Shown: positions 1-12,529 of the stretch, piece after piece | Position numbering within the stretch: position 1 is the stretch's first letter | Layout: each line of letters begins with the position of its first letter | Origin: Octopus vulgaris | Lineage: Eukaryota | Assembly: GCA_951406725.2 (NCBI GenBank) | Contig: OX597817.1 | Coordinates: forward strand, 99,014,001 to 99,078,000 | Direction: 5' to 3' | Length of the DNA: 64,000 nt | The notes under the pieces: model-generated | What the model saw: only the letters and a program-made list of their open reading frames with translations | The model's database searches: none | Told to the model about the DNA's origin: nothing | Program-made: the position numbers and the translations under genes

Positions 1-1790
1 ATGTGAAGCTGCCGCCCACTCTACCAGAGCCTATGCCAACTTGCCCTTCTTGTCACCCAAGGTCATCCTCAAACTTGACCTTAAGAATGCCTTCAACTCC
101 ATCAGCCGCGATGCTGTCCTCAGCTCAATAAGAGAGAAGGTCCCACAACTCTACCGCCTTACATGGTAGGCTTATCGGAGCCCTCCTATCTCTTTTTCGG
201 TGACCAAATCATCACCTCTGGCTCAGGAGTCCAATAGGGCGACCCACTCGGGCCCGCTCTGTTCGCACTGGACATTGATGACATTACTAAGATGGGCGTC
301 GAGCTAAACCTCAACGTCTGGTGTCTCAACGATGCTTGTTTGGGGAGTGGGGGACCTTTGGACATGGCAAATATGATGGTTGGGGAGCTTGGTCGCCGGG
401 GTCTCCAAGTAAACAGCTCCAAATGTGAGCTCTGGATCCTCAACCACTCGGTTTCTCAACATCAATCAACTATTGACCTTTACGCAGAGTCTTTCCCTTC
501 CACTGCAGTCGGCTTGGTGCTCTCTAGGTGCTCCAGTCACTGAACTTGCCTTTGAGTCCATCTTCCAGTCGAAGCAATTGCTGAAAAATATTGAAGCTAT
601 CGAACCCCATCAAGGTTTTTTTATACTTAAGAATTACCTCTTAATTCCTAAGCTTCTATATCTACTTAGAGTCAGCTCATCTTACCGATTCCCATCGTGC
701 CTCCAACGCTTCGAGAACCTAATCTTTGAGAGACTCGCATGCTTAGTCGATGTCAGACTCTCCAACGTCCTGCAATCAGGCTGCATTACCCAAGTGATTT
801 GAAGGTCTTGGTCTTCGTAAGTGTACGTCCCTCTCTCTCCCCTGCTTCCTTTCTTCCACCCACGCCTGCTCCATCCTGGTGAACAACATCCGCTCCAACA
901 TGGACCAGTTCTAACAGGAAGTTGGATGACGCTCTCCAATACTGGAGGGAATTGGGCTTGTCTGCTCCTGAGAAGGTGGAGGACTGTCAGAGTCAGAGAA
1001 CTTGGGACATAATTTCGAAGGCCACTTTCGACTCTCTCTTCATCCAGTCGGACCACTTTTCAAGGTGCTGCTTACTGTCTGCTAGCGCCAAATACTCAGG
1101 TGACCGGATTGATGCCATTTCCGTGGCTAATGTTGATGGCTTACTCAGCTTGGACGAACTTTGTGTCTGCATTGCCCTCAGTGTGGGAGCCGATGTATGC
1201 ACGGATTTGATCTGTCATTTTGGCAGGCTTCTCGACTCCACAGGCCTCCATGACCTTTCTTTCCACCTGAATGCTGGTCGCTTCGCGCGTCATACGGAGT
1301 TGAACCTGAGACTCAAGAGGAGCTTGGCCCGAGCTAACGTCCCCTCCATCTGGGATGTCACAGATAGCGACTACTTTGCTTCTCACATCCTGAATGCTGC
1401 AGTCAGGGCGATATCTACAGCTTCTGCGGCCGAGCGGAACAAAATCCTGAAATACCGCGATCCGTCGGCCAACTACATTTTCCATCCTGTGGGGTTCGAG
1501 ATGTTTGATGGGGTCGGACCACTACTGCGAGATTCCTGTCAACTCACCTTGCAGAGGTAACTGGTGAGGCTCGTGAGGGCGCTTGGCTGTTCCAGCGAAT
1601 CAGCCAATAACCATTAGAGAGGTTTCCAAGCGTCCCCAACTTTTCAACCTAAGGTGGTGAATTGTTTTGATTTTTTTTTCTTTTTTCTCCTTTTCTTTTT
1701 TTCATTTTAATTTTTTCAATTGTGTTCTGTTTTGTCCAGTTTTCTATTTTGATTTTGTAAAACGGTAAACACTGTGAAAGCAATAAAATT
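1..1790 (+). mobile_element. Decayed CRE-clade (RLE-type) non-LTR retrotransposon, RT + restriction-like endonuclease, running off the window start
   Basis: Frames give LKLDLKNAFNSISR, GVQ*GDPLGPALF and VWCLNDA (RT motifs with stops), then ARHTELN, WDVT and AERNKILKY (RLE-type C-terminus). A T-rich 3' UTR carries AATAAA at ~1782. Confidence 0.8.
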
Positions 1791-2367
1791 ACCTTAATTA
1801 CACGTACATACACGCACACAACTTGAACATTGTTTCTATTACTTTTTCCTCATTGACTGTCTCATCTCCAAAGACTTTTTTTAAAGCTATCCAATGTGTT
1901 CCACCGTCTTGATCGTTTTCTCCCACATCTTTTCTGATCTCTCAGAATCCAGTCTGTCCAGCTATTTTAACTCATTCTGTAAATAAGTCAAGTACATCTA
2001 TATTCCAATAATTTTATGAACTTGACATCATTTACATTTGCTTTGAAATCTAATTGTCTTATGGTCTTTCAACATTATTTCAAACGTTTTAGAGAGCATA
2101 TTGAGTTGCTTTTAACTGCCTTGTTTGATATTTTGTCAGGTTCTAGGTTTTTTGCAAATTAAGAAATTGCTGCGATGACACTTTGACTTTGAATTCTTTT
2201 ATTAAGGTTTAGGGCTAGTTCAAGGTATTGACCAAGTTATTTCTGTTTTTTAACTGTATTGTTCTAAGTTAGTTTAAGTAAATTTAATTATTTACAATTT
2301 GGAAGGTTTCCTCCGCTTAAGCTTCAGGATTTTTATCAATCAGTTTTCGAACAGTTGTTTTATTTTT

Positions 2368-2867
2368 GGAGCTTCTTCAGAAACGTACCTCTCCAATTAA
2401 ATCAAACGCAATAAAGAAAATGTTATGAAAATGGAAAATATATACAAAATAAATGATGCATGCAAAAAATTAGATTCACCCATTTTAAAATATTTTGTAC
2501 AAAAAAAAAAACGGGAGCGGGAAACGGGCACTCGTGGAATATAAACAAACATGTCAGACGAAACAAGGGACGGTAATCTACTTTTTAGGGTTAGGGTTAG
2601 TTTTAGAGTTGGGGTTAGTGTTAGGATATCATTAATAATGCCCGATTGGTAAAAGTAGATTACTGCCCCTTGTATCGTCTGATATGTTTATATTCCACGA
2701 GTACCCGTTTCTGTTTTATTTTTTAGTATAAAATATTTAAAGACGGATGATTCTTTCTAATTTTTTTTCTTTGCATACATAATTTATTTTGTATATATTT
2801 TCCATTTTCATAATTTTTCTTCATTGTATTTGATTTAATTGGAGAGGTGCGTTTCTGAAGAAGCACC
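2368..2867. mobile_element. Foldback MITE with ~215-bp TIRs, GG..CC ends (Merlin-like) and a TTAGGG-containing centre
   Basis: GGAGCTTCTTCAGAAACGTACCTCTCC at 2368 is the reverse complement of GGAGAGGTGCGTTTCTGAAGAAGCACC ending 2867. The arms match inward to ~2585/2650. Flanks ttattttt/tttttttt are a possible 8-bp TSD. Confidence 0.8.
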
Positions 2868-3354
2868 TTTTTTTTTTAACGTTCATTTTTGATGCATATA
2901 TAACATGCGAGTGACTATTATTTTAATTCTGAGAAATTGTTACAAGCAAAAAAAAAAAAGTGTTATACATATGATATCGTTAATTTGTTATTACAATTTA
3001 CGAGTATAACCATTGATTAAACACGATATTAATTACGATTTCTAGTTATCAGTAATATGCAAACTCACTTACCCGAGACAGTTTCCCATGCTTGATGTCT
3101 TAATGTTACGAGTATAGCACTTGTACCTACAAATCCGATAAATTCCACTGTATTATTATAATTTCGTTTCCCAAAAGACTGCTTGAGGCTGTACTATGTA
3201 GAATGCTACTTGTGAGTTGACAATGACAATATAACTATTTAGGAGTCGATACTACGACAACTATTGCCGAGTCGATAGTGTTAGTATGACAAAAGCTACT
3301 GCGAAATCAATAGAGATTATGTGACAACAGCTCCTGCGAAATCAGTAGAGACTA

Positions 3355-3768
3355 TGGTGTACAACACACAAGTGGTCGCCACCAGTAAAATGGAGAAATT
3401 ATCAGAGGACGATATCGAGGAGTGTCTAGGAAACATAACGAGGGAGGCTACTTTTATTGGCAGAGGAAGAAGATACGGCACGGTGGAGCTGAGGATTGCC
3501 ACCAAAGAAGAGCTGGCCCCACATTCCACCACCATTCTGGGGTCGAGCAAGGTAGCGCTGTTGCCCACGTATAGGGGAAGGTGCAGTGTTCGAGTTAAAT
3601 TAGCGAGAGTGCCACCCGAAATCAAAACAGAGTGATTGGTGGCAGCTATTCTGGCTGTCACTGAAGACAATCAAGAACTGGGACCGATAGGAGTGACAAA
3701 AATGTTAAACTGTTGGGGATTCGGAGTTGAGGAGTGGCTTTTTGCCACATTTGAAGACATAGATCGAA
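3355..3768 (+). pseudogene. Fragment of Tx1-type ORF1 (gag-like), inverted near-copy of 6705-7083
   Basis: YNTQVVATSKMEKLSEDDIEECLGNITREATFIGRGRRYGTVEL is nearly identical to the minus-strand ORF at 6873-7085 and homologous to RGKRYGTVEVRF in ORF1 at 57367. Confidence 0.8.
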
Positions 3769-3769
3769 T

Positions 3770-5439
3770 TATTGCACACTAGGGGCGAACATAGAAGGGA
3801 CAACACACAACATGTGGGGACACAAAGCGGGCAGAAAAAAAAGAACGTATAAAAACATGAAATGACAATGAAGAAATGAAAATCAAGTTACTCGCTCCAC
3901 CTCCGAGAAGCTTCACTTCTTTCTTACCTTAAACTCCGTTCCTTCCTGTATGTCTATTCCACACTCCTTTGTAAGGTCCGTATACAACATCTCATCTGGA
4001 AATTTACTTTTGTCGATATTTACCCTCCACATAGTCTACCCATATTGGGGTTTCTATTTTTCGTTGCCGATCTTCCGATATCAAAATGCATGCGTGTCAC
4101 CCTTTTATATTAACCTTCACTTCCATATTAACTAACATTGTGTCTTTCCACGTCATTGTGTCATCAACCAGTTTTCTATTCGAAGTGTCGTGTAACATAC
4201 ATGCAAAACAACTTTCTTCCTTGGCTGGGGGAGGGGAAGTTTGAGGATTCCTGTGTGTAAGTGCTTTCTTTTTTTGCTTTTGTGTCGGGGGGAGAGGGTG
4301 GGTTTGGTACTGCGGGGGAAGGGTGGGATTGGGAAGGTGTGTGGGGGTGGGGTGGGGTCTTAACTCTGTCTGATTCGCCTTTTACCTTTTTTGGTTTTTA
4401 TTCTCTGCAACCTTCCATGATTCGTCGTCCTTCACTTCTGTTGGTACTTCCTTCTCTGCTCTCGCTGGTTCTTCCTTGGTTTTCTCCTGGCTCTTCTCAG
4501 TTGGTGAAGGGCAATCCGCTCTGTTGTGGTCTTTCAGGCCATATTTCAAGCATCGAGGGATTCTGCGCTCCACCCTAACTCTCAACACCGCCTCCCCGAC
4601 TGTCACCGTCTCCACCATATTTTCCAGAGTCCCCACCGATCCTTGTATTATTAAATCCAAAGTTTGGCCGGCCTTTCCAATTTAAAGCTTCTGACTTAGT
4701 GGCCTGGAGGACTGCTATTTCATCCTCGTTACCCAGGAGTACAGCAGCCGCTACCCAGGCCACGTAGGTGGAATCCCCTCCACCCTCCACCCTCACCCTG
4801 GAAGCTCTCCTTCCGAGGTATGGGCGTAGAAGTACCACACTTTCCGTTCTTAGCGAGGCTGCTGAGTATTGTTTCGCCTTGGCTGCCTCTCTGAGGTGAA
4901 CCCCCACTGTGCCGAATCGGTTTCCTATTACATATCTTGCCAGATTGGTTTCAGGGCCTTTTCAATTTTATCTGTCGATATTATTTCAAATTTTCTCTCT
5001 TCAATTGAATATACTTTATAAATAATTGTTTTCTCATACATTCCTTTCATGACATCTTAGGGTGCGCGACAACTTTACATCGCCACCTTCTCTGTGCAAC
5101 ATCTGGTAATTTTTCAACATTGTTAGATTTACTTCCTTATTTTCTACTTCTGTAACTCTTGAATAACTTTTCTTATTGTCCATTTTTTTTTAATCAATTT
5201 TCTCTATTGCTCTTACGAGTTCCTCTTCCGAAGAAGACAGCCCAAAAGAGCTGTAATCCTCGTATAACATCATTGGCAACAACTGCTTCAAGGCAGCAAA
5301 AAACAGTTCACAAAGTGTTCAACACAAATTTTTCAACGATAAACAACAATTTTTAACTTACAAATGACAACTCCGTTCAATGCCGACCAATGCCTTGTGA
5401 GTGGATTTGGTAGACGGAAACTGAAAGAAGCCTGTCGTA

Positions 5440-5533
<94 letters not shown>

Positions 5534-5760
5534 TGTGTCTGTTTTTATCCCCCTAGCATTGCTTGACAACCGATGCTGGTGTGTCTACGTCCCCGCCACT
5601 TAGCGGTTCGGCAAAAGAGACCGATAGAATAAGTACTGGGCTTACAAAGAATAAGTTCCGGTGTCGATTTGATCGACTAAAAGGCGGTGCTCCAGCATGG
5701 CCGCAGTCAAATGACTGAAACAAGTAAAAGAAAAGAGTAACCCGCGAAATCAATTGAGCC
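3770..5760 (-). mobile_element. ORF1-only Tx1-derived non-autonomous element A, with a SINE inserted in its 5' end
   Basis: Decayed ORF1 (LRTESVVLLRPYLGRR, WVAAAVLL, RRIPRCLKYGLKDHNRADC zinc-knuckle remnant). It is followed by a T-rich 3' UTR ending CCCCTAGTGTGCAATAA, with no ORF2. Confidence 0.65.
5382..5740 (+). mobile_element. 5'-truncated octopus-type (OR-like) SINE with internal (TA)n(TG)n
   Basis: GCCTTGTGAGTGGATTTGGTAGACGGAAACTGAAAGAAG ... GGTGCTCCAGCATGGCCGCAGTCAAATGACTGAAAC is the same body as the complete copy at 32855-33245. Confidence 0.85.
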
Positions 5761-5761
5761 T

Positions 5762-7380
5762 CTTTTTTTTACCCACACAGGCTACAAAGAGGTGCCTTAC
5801 AATACAAAAAAAATACAAAACAAACTCGGGGAACTAAAAATTACAAAAAAGGAAATCAAGTAAAGAAGAAAAAATAAAAGAAACGAATGGAATTATGAAA
5901 GAATGATAAAAATGAAGCGCAATGCCCACTAAACCTTCGAAGTCGAGTGGTTACATTTATACATGATTTTTTTTACAGCCTTTCCCATTTTTTAAAACAT
6001 AAAATTCACATTCTCATCCTCTTTTTTTTTTCTATGCTGTTCATACGCCATTCTTGTTAGTTCCTTGTATTCCATTACAGATGGCGGAAGGTCACGTAAC
6101 CATATCCTGTCTCTCACACTTACCGATCCACCGAATGTATCCATAAATCTATCAAACCTTTCGTCCTGCACCATAATTCCTCTATCATCTCTGCTAAATT
6201 CTTCTCTGGGTAGCTTCACCCTCACCAGTCCTTTCCATTTTACTATTCTTTTTCCACCTCCGCACTTTTTGTAGACTATCAGGAATCTCTTATAATTACA
6301 TTCTTCTGTTTGCTTGTTTGTTTTTTCTCTACTGCTTGTGTATTTTTAGATTTAAGTTGTTCCCTACCTTTTTGTGGATTCTCGGTTTCTTACTTTCTTC
6401 TTTTGGGGCTAACAAACCCCTCACTCCCCTCACTCCCCTCCTTTACCTTTTTCACCTCGATCTTTTCTTTCTCTTTTGCGTCACTGACGCACTCAACATC
6501 GCTTTTGTCTTTTCTTGTTTCAGTTCTTCCTTCCATCTCATTTTCCTGTTCCTTCTCTACTTACTCTCTCAGAGCATGTTCTAACTTGGGGCACTGTGTC
6601 TTCATATAACCCCTCATTCCGCATACATAACAATTAGGTCGACGTCCCTCTACAACAACTTTCAACTTACTTTCCTCCGCAATCTCAATCTGGTAGGGGA
6701 TTCGCTCTATGTCTTCTCAACTCCGAATCCCCAACAGTTTAACATTTTTGTCACTCCTATCGGTTCCAGTTCTTGATTGTCTTCAGTGACAGTCAGAATA
6801 GCTGCCACCAACCACTCTGTTTTGATTTCGGGTGGCACTCTCGCTAATTTGACTCGAACACTGCGCCTTCCCCTATACGTGGGCAACAGCGCTACCTACC
6901 AGAATGGTGGTGGAATGTGAGGCTGGCTCTTCTTTGGTGGCAATCCTCAGCTCCACCGTGCCATATCTTCTTCCTCTGCCAATAAAAGTAGCCTCCTTCG
7001 TTATGTTTCCTAGACACTCCTCAATATCGTCCTCTGATAATTTCTCCATTTTACTGGTGGCGACCACTTGTGTGTTGTACATCACCGTCCCATCACTCCC
7101 ATCCTTTACTGCCTCCTGCGGAGGGACCAGTTTGATAGTGCCTACCTTAAGAAGTTGTTCACTTCTTAAAACCTCCTACATGTCAACTATTATGTACCTC
7201 GCTTCTAACAGCGTGGCTGCTTTCGCCCCAGCGGTCCTTGCATAGCTTTCCATGCTAGAAAAACTAAGTTTTTTTCCCATCCACAATGGGGAGAAAAAGA
7301 GCAAAAAGCAATAACAGCAGCAAATAACAAATACACGCAAGTCGCAAATAACAAACAGAAAATCAGTTGAACCCTTCACT
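5762..7380 (-). mobile_element. ORF1-only Tx1-derived non-autonomous element B
   Basis: ORF1 runs from ~7282 to the stop at 5992, with RGRRYGTVEL and a zinc knuckle (RRPNCYVCGMRGYMKTQC). The 3' UTR ends CCTGTGTGGGT plus poly(A). Confidence 0.75.
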
Positions 7381-9123
7381 TTTTTATTACCCATAGGGGG
7401 ATGAATAAAGAGGTTTTTACGGCCAAAAGGACATTACAAAACATAAAATCGGAGAAATAAAAATACAAAAGGAAAATCGAGCAAAGAAGAAAAATAAAAG
7501 AAACGAGGGAAATTATGGAAAATGATATAATGAAGCGCTATGCCCACTCGATACCCGAAATCGAGTACCTACATTTGGACATAATTTTGGACAGTTTTCA
7601 CTTCTTTTTATTTTTCCATTTTTTAAAAGTAAAAGTTCACATTTTCATCATTTTCTTTTTAAATATTGTTCATCTGAAGTTTTCCAACCTTGCATGTTCC
7701 ACCAGAGTCAGCATTGCATTAAACAACACCGGCACGTCAATCATCATCACCAATTCACGGTAAGAATTTTTTTTAAATGTCGTACCTTTCGTCGTTTACC
7801 GGCATACATCTCTCATTTTCCCTGAACTTCTTTTTGGACAACTTCACTCTTATCAAATTCTTCCACTTGGGTATCCGTTTTTCCACCTCTATACTCTTCT
7901 TATAGTAAATTATAGATCCCTTATTCCTTGTAATCCATTTCTGCTGGTTCCTCTCCACCTCATGCACAAATTTAGACGGCTCTCCACCTTTTTTTTTTTT
8001 TTTGGACGTCCTCTCAGTTTCTGCTGCTGGTCCCGGTGAGTGTTCTCTAGACTTTGCTTTCTTCCTCCTTTTGGGGCTGACAAACCCGTCACTCCCCTCC
8101 ATTGTCGCTTTCTCCTGTCTTCCTCAATATTTTCTTTCTCTTTTGCATCGCTTTTGTTATTCTTCGTTTCAGTTTTTCCTTCCATCTCCAATTCACGTTC
8201 TTTATCCTCTACTTTCTCACTCTGCGCATGTTCCCTCAGCGTATGTTCGTACATGGGGCACTTTGCTTCATATGACCCCTCACTTCACAAATGTAGCAAT
8301 TGGGTCGACGTCCTTCCACAAACACGTTCACAGAACTCTCCTCCGCAATCTCAATTTGGTAGGGGATCCTTTCAATGTCTTCAAATGTGGCAAAAAGCCA
8401 CATCTCGACTCCACATCCCCACCAGTTCAACATATTTGTTCTTCCCACTGGTCCCAGTTCCGGACTGTCTAAGGTGGCAGCCAGAATAGCTGCCACCAAC
8501 CACTCTGTTTTAATTCCGTGTGGCACTCTCGCGACTCTGATTCGAACCCTGCGCCTTCCCCTATACGTGGGTAGCAGCGTCACCTTGTCCGACCTCAGAA
8601 TAGTGGAGGAGTGTGAGGCCGCCTCCTTTTTGGTGGCAAACCTCACCTCTACCGTGTCATACCTCCTCGCTCTGCTAACAAATATCGCCTTCTTCATTAT
8701 GTCTCCCAGACATTCCTCAACACCTTCTTCTGATAACTTCTCTATGTTGTTTGTGGCGACTGCTTGTGTACACCACCGTCATATCGCTTTTATTGTTCAC
8801 TGTTTCCTGCGGAGGAACCAGCTTGATAGCGTCTCCCTCATGCACAAATTGTTCACTTCTTAGAACTTCTTCCATGTCAACCTCTATCTGCCGCTGCGGT
8901 TCTAGCATAGTTTTCTATTATAGAAAAGATAAGTTTTTCCTCATCCACAATGGGGAGAAAAACAGCAAAAAACAACAACAGCAAAGAAAACAAATACGCA
9001 CGAGACACTTCAACAATAAATTTCACAGTACTGATAACAATATCACCAGTCTCAAAAACACAACCTTCCTCTGTCAAACCGTGGTCAAAAGTGACCAACT
9101 CAAACAGCAAATCAATGGAGCAG
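7381..9123 (-). mobile_element. ORF1-only Tx1-derived non-autonomous element C
   Basis: ORF1 has RARRYDTVEVRF and a CCHC knuckle (RRPNCYICEVRGHMKQ), and its C-terminus ends ENVNF as in element B. The 3' UTR ends CCCCCTATGGGTAATAAAAAA. Confidence 0.75.
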
Positions 9124-9850
9124 TTTTTTTTATTTCCCACAAGGGGACAACACAGAAGGGGACGGCACAATCTGAATGGGGTCAGACATAACAAATGATT
9201 TAACACAATTATGAAATTAAAAATTTTACAATATATAAAAAGTTCGAATGGTGAGACATACCAAGACATTACAACTAGAGTGGGAGACAGGTTAGCCCAT
9301 TCTGCTGCCAGTTCGCATAGACATTTGCCAGCAGGTGCCCAAACAAGTCTGGCATGCTCTTATACAACTCATAGGGTAGACCATCCAGTGCCGACGCCTT
9401 ACCCACGCCGCAGTCTGCTATAACCTCAATTACCTCCTCAGGCGTGATCGGTCCTTCACAACGCCCCGCGTCCTGCACCGAGAGGCGCGGCAGCCCGGCG
9501 AGGAAGTCCGTTAGGTCCCCCCTACTGTCCGGTCCGCCCCCACCCCCACACACGAAAAGCTGAGCGAAGTGCTCCTGAAAGGCCTCACACGTTTCCTCGG
9601 GCTCGTTTATCAACTTACCTCGTTGGTTCGTCAAAGATCGAATTGTGCCATCGTTTCCACGTTGGGCTTCCACCACTCGGGCCCATCCCGCGGCCTTGAT
9701 TCCTTCACAACCCACTGCACGAAGCACACAACAAGAAACCAACTTTTACAATACCTGTAATAACAGCAATTTCAACAACACTAATCAATACCATTCACAA
9801 GCTCACAGCAAATCAATGGAATCTCTGTGGCAACAAAGGGCGTTGATCTA
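9124..9850 (-). mobile_element. Internally deleted Tx1 element D (5' end + ORF2 fragment + 3' end)
   Basis: EGIKAAGWARVVEAQRGN...LDGLPYELYKSMPDLFGHLLANVYANWQQNG matches ORF2 at 59695-60447. The 3' end is CCCCTTGTGGGAAATAAAAAAAA. Confidence 0.75.
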
Positions 9851-10099
9851 TAAATAAGTTTTTATTTTATCTATAATTTTACTTCGTGCAATTTTTTTTT
9901 TTTTTCAGTACAAAAACTCTTGTTCGCTACGGTAATGGTAGGGACATGGTTTCAGTTGTTGGTTTCAGCTACTTTACTAGCTACCAGTAATATACTTAAT
10001 GTAGATTGAACCGAATAGTTTACTCTTAACATTGTATCTATGGAAATACTGAGTGGTGGAATTAATTGGGAATACTTGATTAAATACAAGAAATGAAAA

Positions 10100-10875
10100 T
10101 GTTACGTGAGAGTTAACAAAGAGTGAATTATCAAGGTATTATCGCGGAAAAAGAGAACATGGGTGAACGTTAACAGAGTAAGAGCATTAACAGGGACAGG
10201 AGATGTACTTTAACAGAGGGCGAACATTAACATGAGGTTAGCGTTGAGAAGTATTAACAGGAGAATAAAGTTTACAGGAAGTATACATTAACAGATAGTG
10301 AATGTTTATCAGAGTGACTGAACTCACATTAATTTGGGGGTGCAGAGCTGGCATTTCTCACTAGCTAAAGAAAGCCGAGTAACAGGATCTGGTTGATGAA
10401 GCTTTGGTCAAAAGATGTTACACAGCTTCATACTTATTGAAGTCAGCCGACGCGGTTTTCCAGTAAGACTTGTGTACTATTTCTTACAGAAGAAGATTGG
10501 TCTGGAACTCAAATAACTGAAGACGGCAACCAAAAATATCTCCATGGCAACTGAAACCGGTTTAAGGTGGTTCTGGTTGTGGTTGTCAAGAGATTGCACA
10601 TGGAACCCTTCTGTAGGTGAAGGTTAAGTCAGTCCTCGCTTCCCCACTAAGGTAAAGCGAGTAGGCAAACAAGCGAGACGCTTGCGATCCTGAGATGCTT
10701 GCTGAAGATACACTAGGGTTTCCGCCGTTGCGATAACTTTAGTCGTCATCAGGAGAACTGGCAATACCTTTAAGTAGCTCCTGCAATTTTCGCTTGAAGC
10801 AAAAGATTTCTTATGTTTCGTTGCACTTAACAGGGGTAAACGCTAACAAGAGTTGTACGTTAACAGAGGAAATGG
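10100..10875. repeat. Degenerate ~20-bp minisatellite (TTAACAG core) interrupted by a ~500-bp insert
   Basis: ttaacag(a/g) recurs at 10110-10315 and again at 10826-10870. Confidence 0.55.
10320..10825 (-). pseudogene. Possible heavily decayed Gypsy pol fragment (RT/RNase H junction)
   Basis: Minus-strand peptide KLHQPDPVTRLSLASE resembles the L.HPDP..PL.L.tDAS start of Gypsy RNase H. Support is weak. Confidence 0.3.
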
Positions 10876-11070
10876 AACTTTTGAAGTCTGCAGCAAGAGT
10901 GAAAATTCACTTTGACCACTCCAATACCGATAAAAATGTGGAGGACTTTAAACAATTACGTCAATAGTAGAAAGAGTATTAAGCTCTCTAGTTGTGAGCG
11001 GGTTCTGACGTCTACACGAAACGATTCTTGCTCCATCTCACACTCTTTCCTTTATAAAAGAATATTAGTA

Positions 11071-11598
11071 TGTAACGGGAACTCGTTGCTTCTTTACACT
11101 TTTGGGGTGCAACTTGGGTGCAACACAATTTCCTTTCTTTTTGTTTCTAGAAACTACCAGTCAGGAACGAAAAGCAAGTTTAGAAATATATAATTCTTTA
11201 TTCTCTTATACAAAAATGAAACACGATGGTATACTGGTATCCATTCTTACAACAATTCAGTAGCAATAGATAGGTTAAATCCCAAGCGTCTGGGACAGGA
11301 GAATAGGTTGATCACACGTATGAAAGTACGTCCTTTCCCTTCGATCGCTGTGCCTCAAGTCTTAGCGTCCAGAGACAGCGGAATAAAATTGGTCTGCAAC
11401 AATTTCGTATGAAAGTCGTTCTGCTACTGCCTGTCTCTCTGTACCCCTTTGTTCAGGGAACCTCCCTCGCCTATCAACTAATGCCACATCAGCATTTCCT
11501 TCTTCAGTGGTTCGCGCATGCGTGAGAGGGTACTTCCCTTCTGCCTTTCCAGAAGGCTCCAAACCCGCACGCGCACACTGATGTATAACGTCACTACA
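11071..11598 (-). mobile_element. Solo LTR (528 bp)
   Basis: TGTAAC...ACTACA termini, exact 4-bp TSD AGTA (11067-11070 / 11599-11602), AATAAA on the minus strand near 11200. Confidence 0.75.
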
Positions 11599-11829
11599 AG
11601 TATTTCAATTTTGTTATGGCCATAAATACGTTATGACATAGATACATACATCATATATAGGTCGCAAAGTTCCCTCCTTCCATTGTAAAGGGGGTTAGTG
11701 GAAGATATGAACGCTGATATTTTGAGGAATAGTCTGAATTTCATTAAGGATGTATAAAAGTCTTTCCCAGGGTAGTTTTGTTTGCGAATTTACAAAGATA
11801 CTTATTCTGGCAGTCATGTTCGGGATTAG

Positions 11830-12057
11830 CTCCATCTGATGTTCACTTTCATTAGCCGTTGTTTTCCACCAATCAATTTAGTATTCCAATGTTTCATACT
11901 TCATTAATCATTATCTCCATGTTTTCTGCCATACCAAAAATTGCTTTACCTATCCAACTGCACAGTGCCATGTCATATGCTTTTCTGTAATCCAGCCATG
12001 TTACAATCAATCCCGTCAATCTACGTTGACAATTTGTAATTATCATTTTATCAACTA
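11830..12057 (-). pseudogene. R4/Dong-type RT fragment
   Basis: Minus strand reads LVDKMIITNCQRR...VTWLDYRKAYDM..SWI, like the R4-clade WIDYKKAYDSVPHSWI motif. Confidence 0.6.
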
Positions 12058-12058
12058 A

Positions 12059-12457
12059 CTGCAGTATCGCCCGGCGTTACTCGGGTTTGTTTCGACCCTT
12101 CAGAATTGGAACTTTTGAAAAGTAAAAATTGTGCATTATGTAGCTTGTTATTCTCTTTAAGTGAACATTTTTCTGGTTGAAATACACCGAAAAATGGCGA
12201 TACAGCAGTCAAAAAATCGTAAAAAATCGTAAAAAATCGGTATTTTAATAGAAAAAAAGCGCCTTTTTGATGTAAATAATTTTTGGTGTTAACATGGTCC
12301 GATTTGAATTTTTTTCTTCTACTGAAGGAAGAGCAAGTCTTCTATCATACTCTCAATTTTGGTCAACTTGCACCACAGGGTCTTAGAGGAGATAGTGTTA
12401 GTTGAAGGCTAGCAAACCTGCCATACACAGACAACTTCAGCTTTATATATATAGAGA
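12059..12457 (-). mobile_element. Non-autonomous Helitron
   Basis: Minus strand starts TCTCTATATATATAAAG and ends with a GC hairpin (CCCGAGTAACGCCGGG) plus a degenerate CTAG. It sits between A and T. Confidence 0.7.
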
Positions 12458-12529
12458 TGAAGTATATCACTGACATACTAACAATTACAATTGCATCTGT
12501 GTAAGCAGTAGTCAACTTGGTTTTTGCTC

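Noticed and set aside
2585-2625. True telomere or chromosome-fusion scar
   Set aside because: There are only 2-3 perfect units and they lie inside a MITE (same at ~44240).
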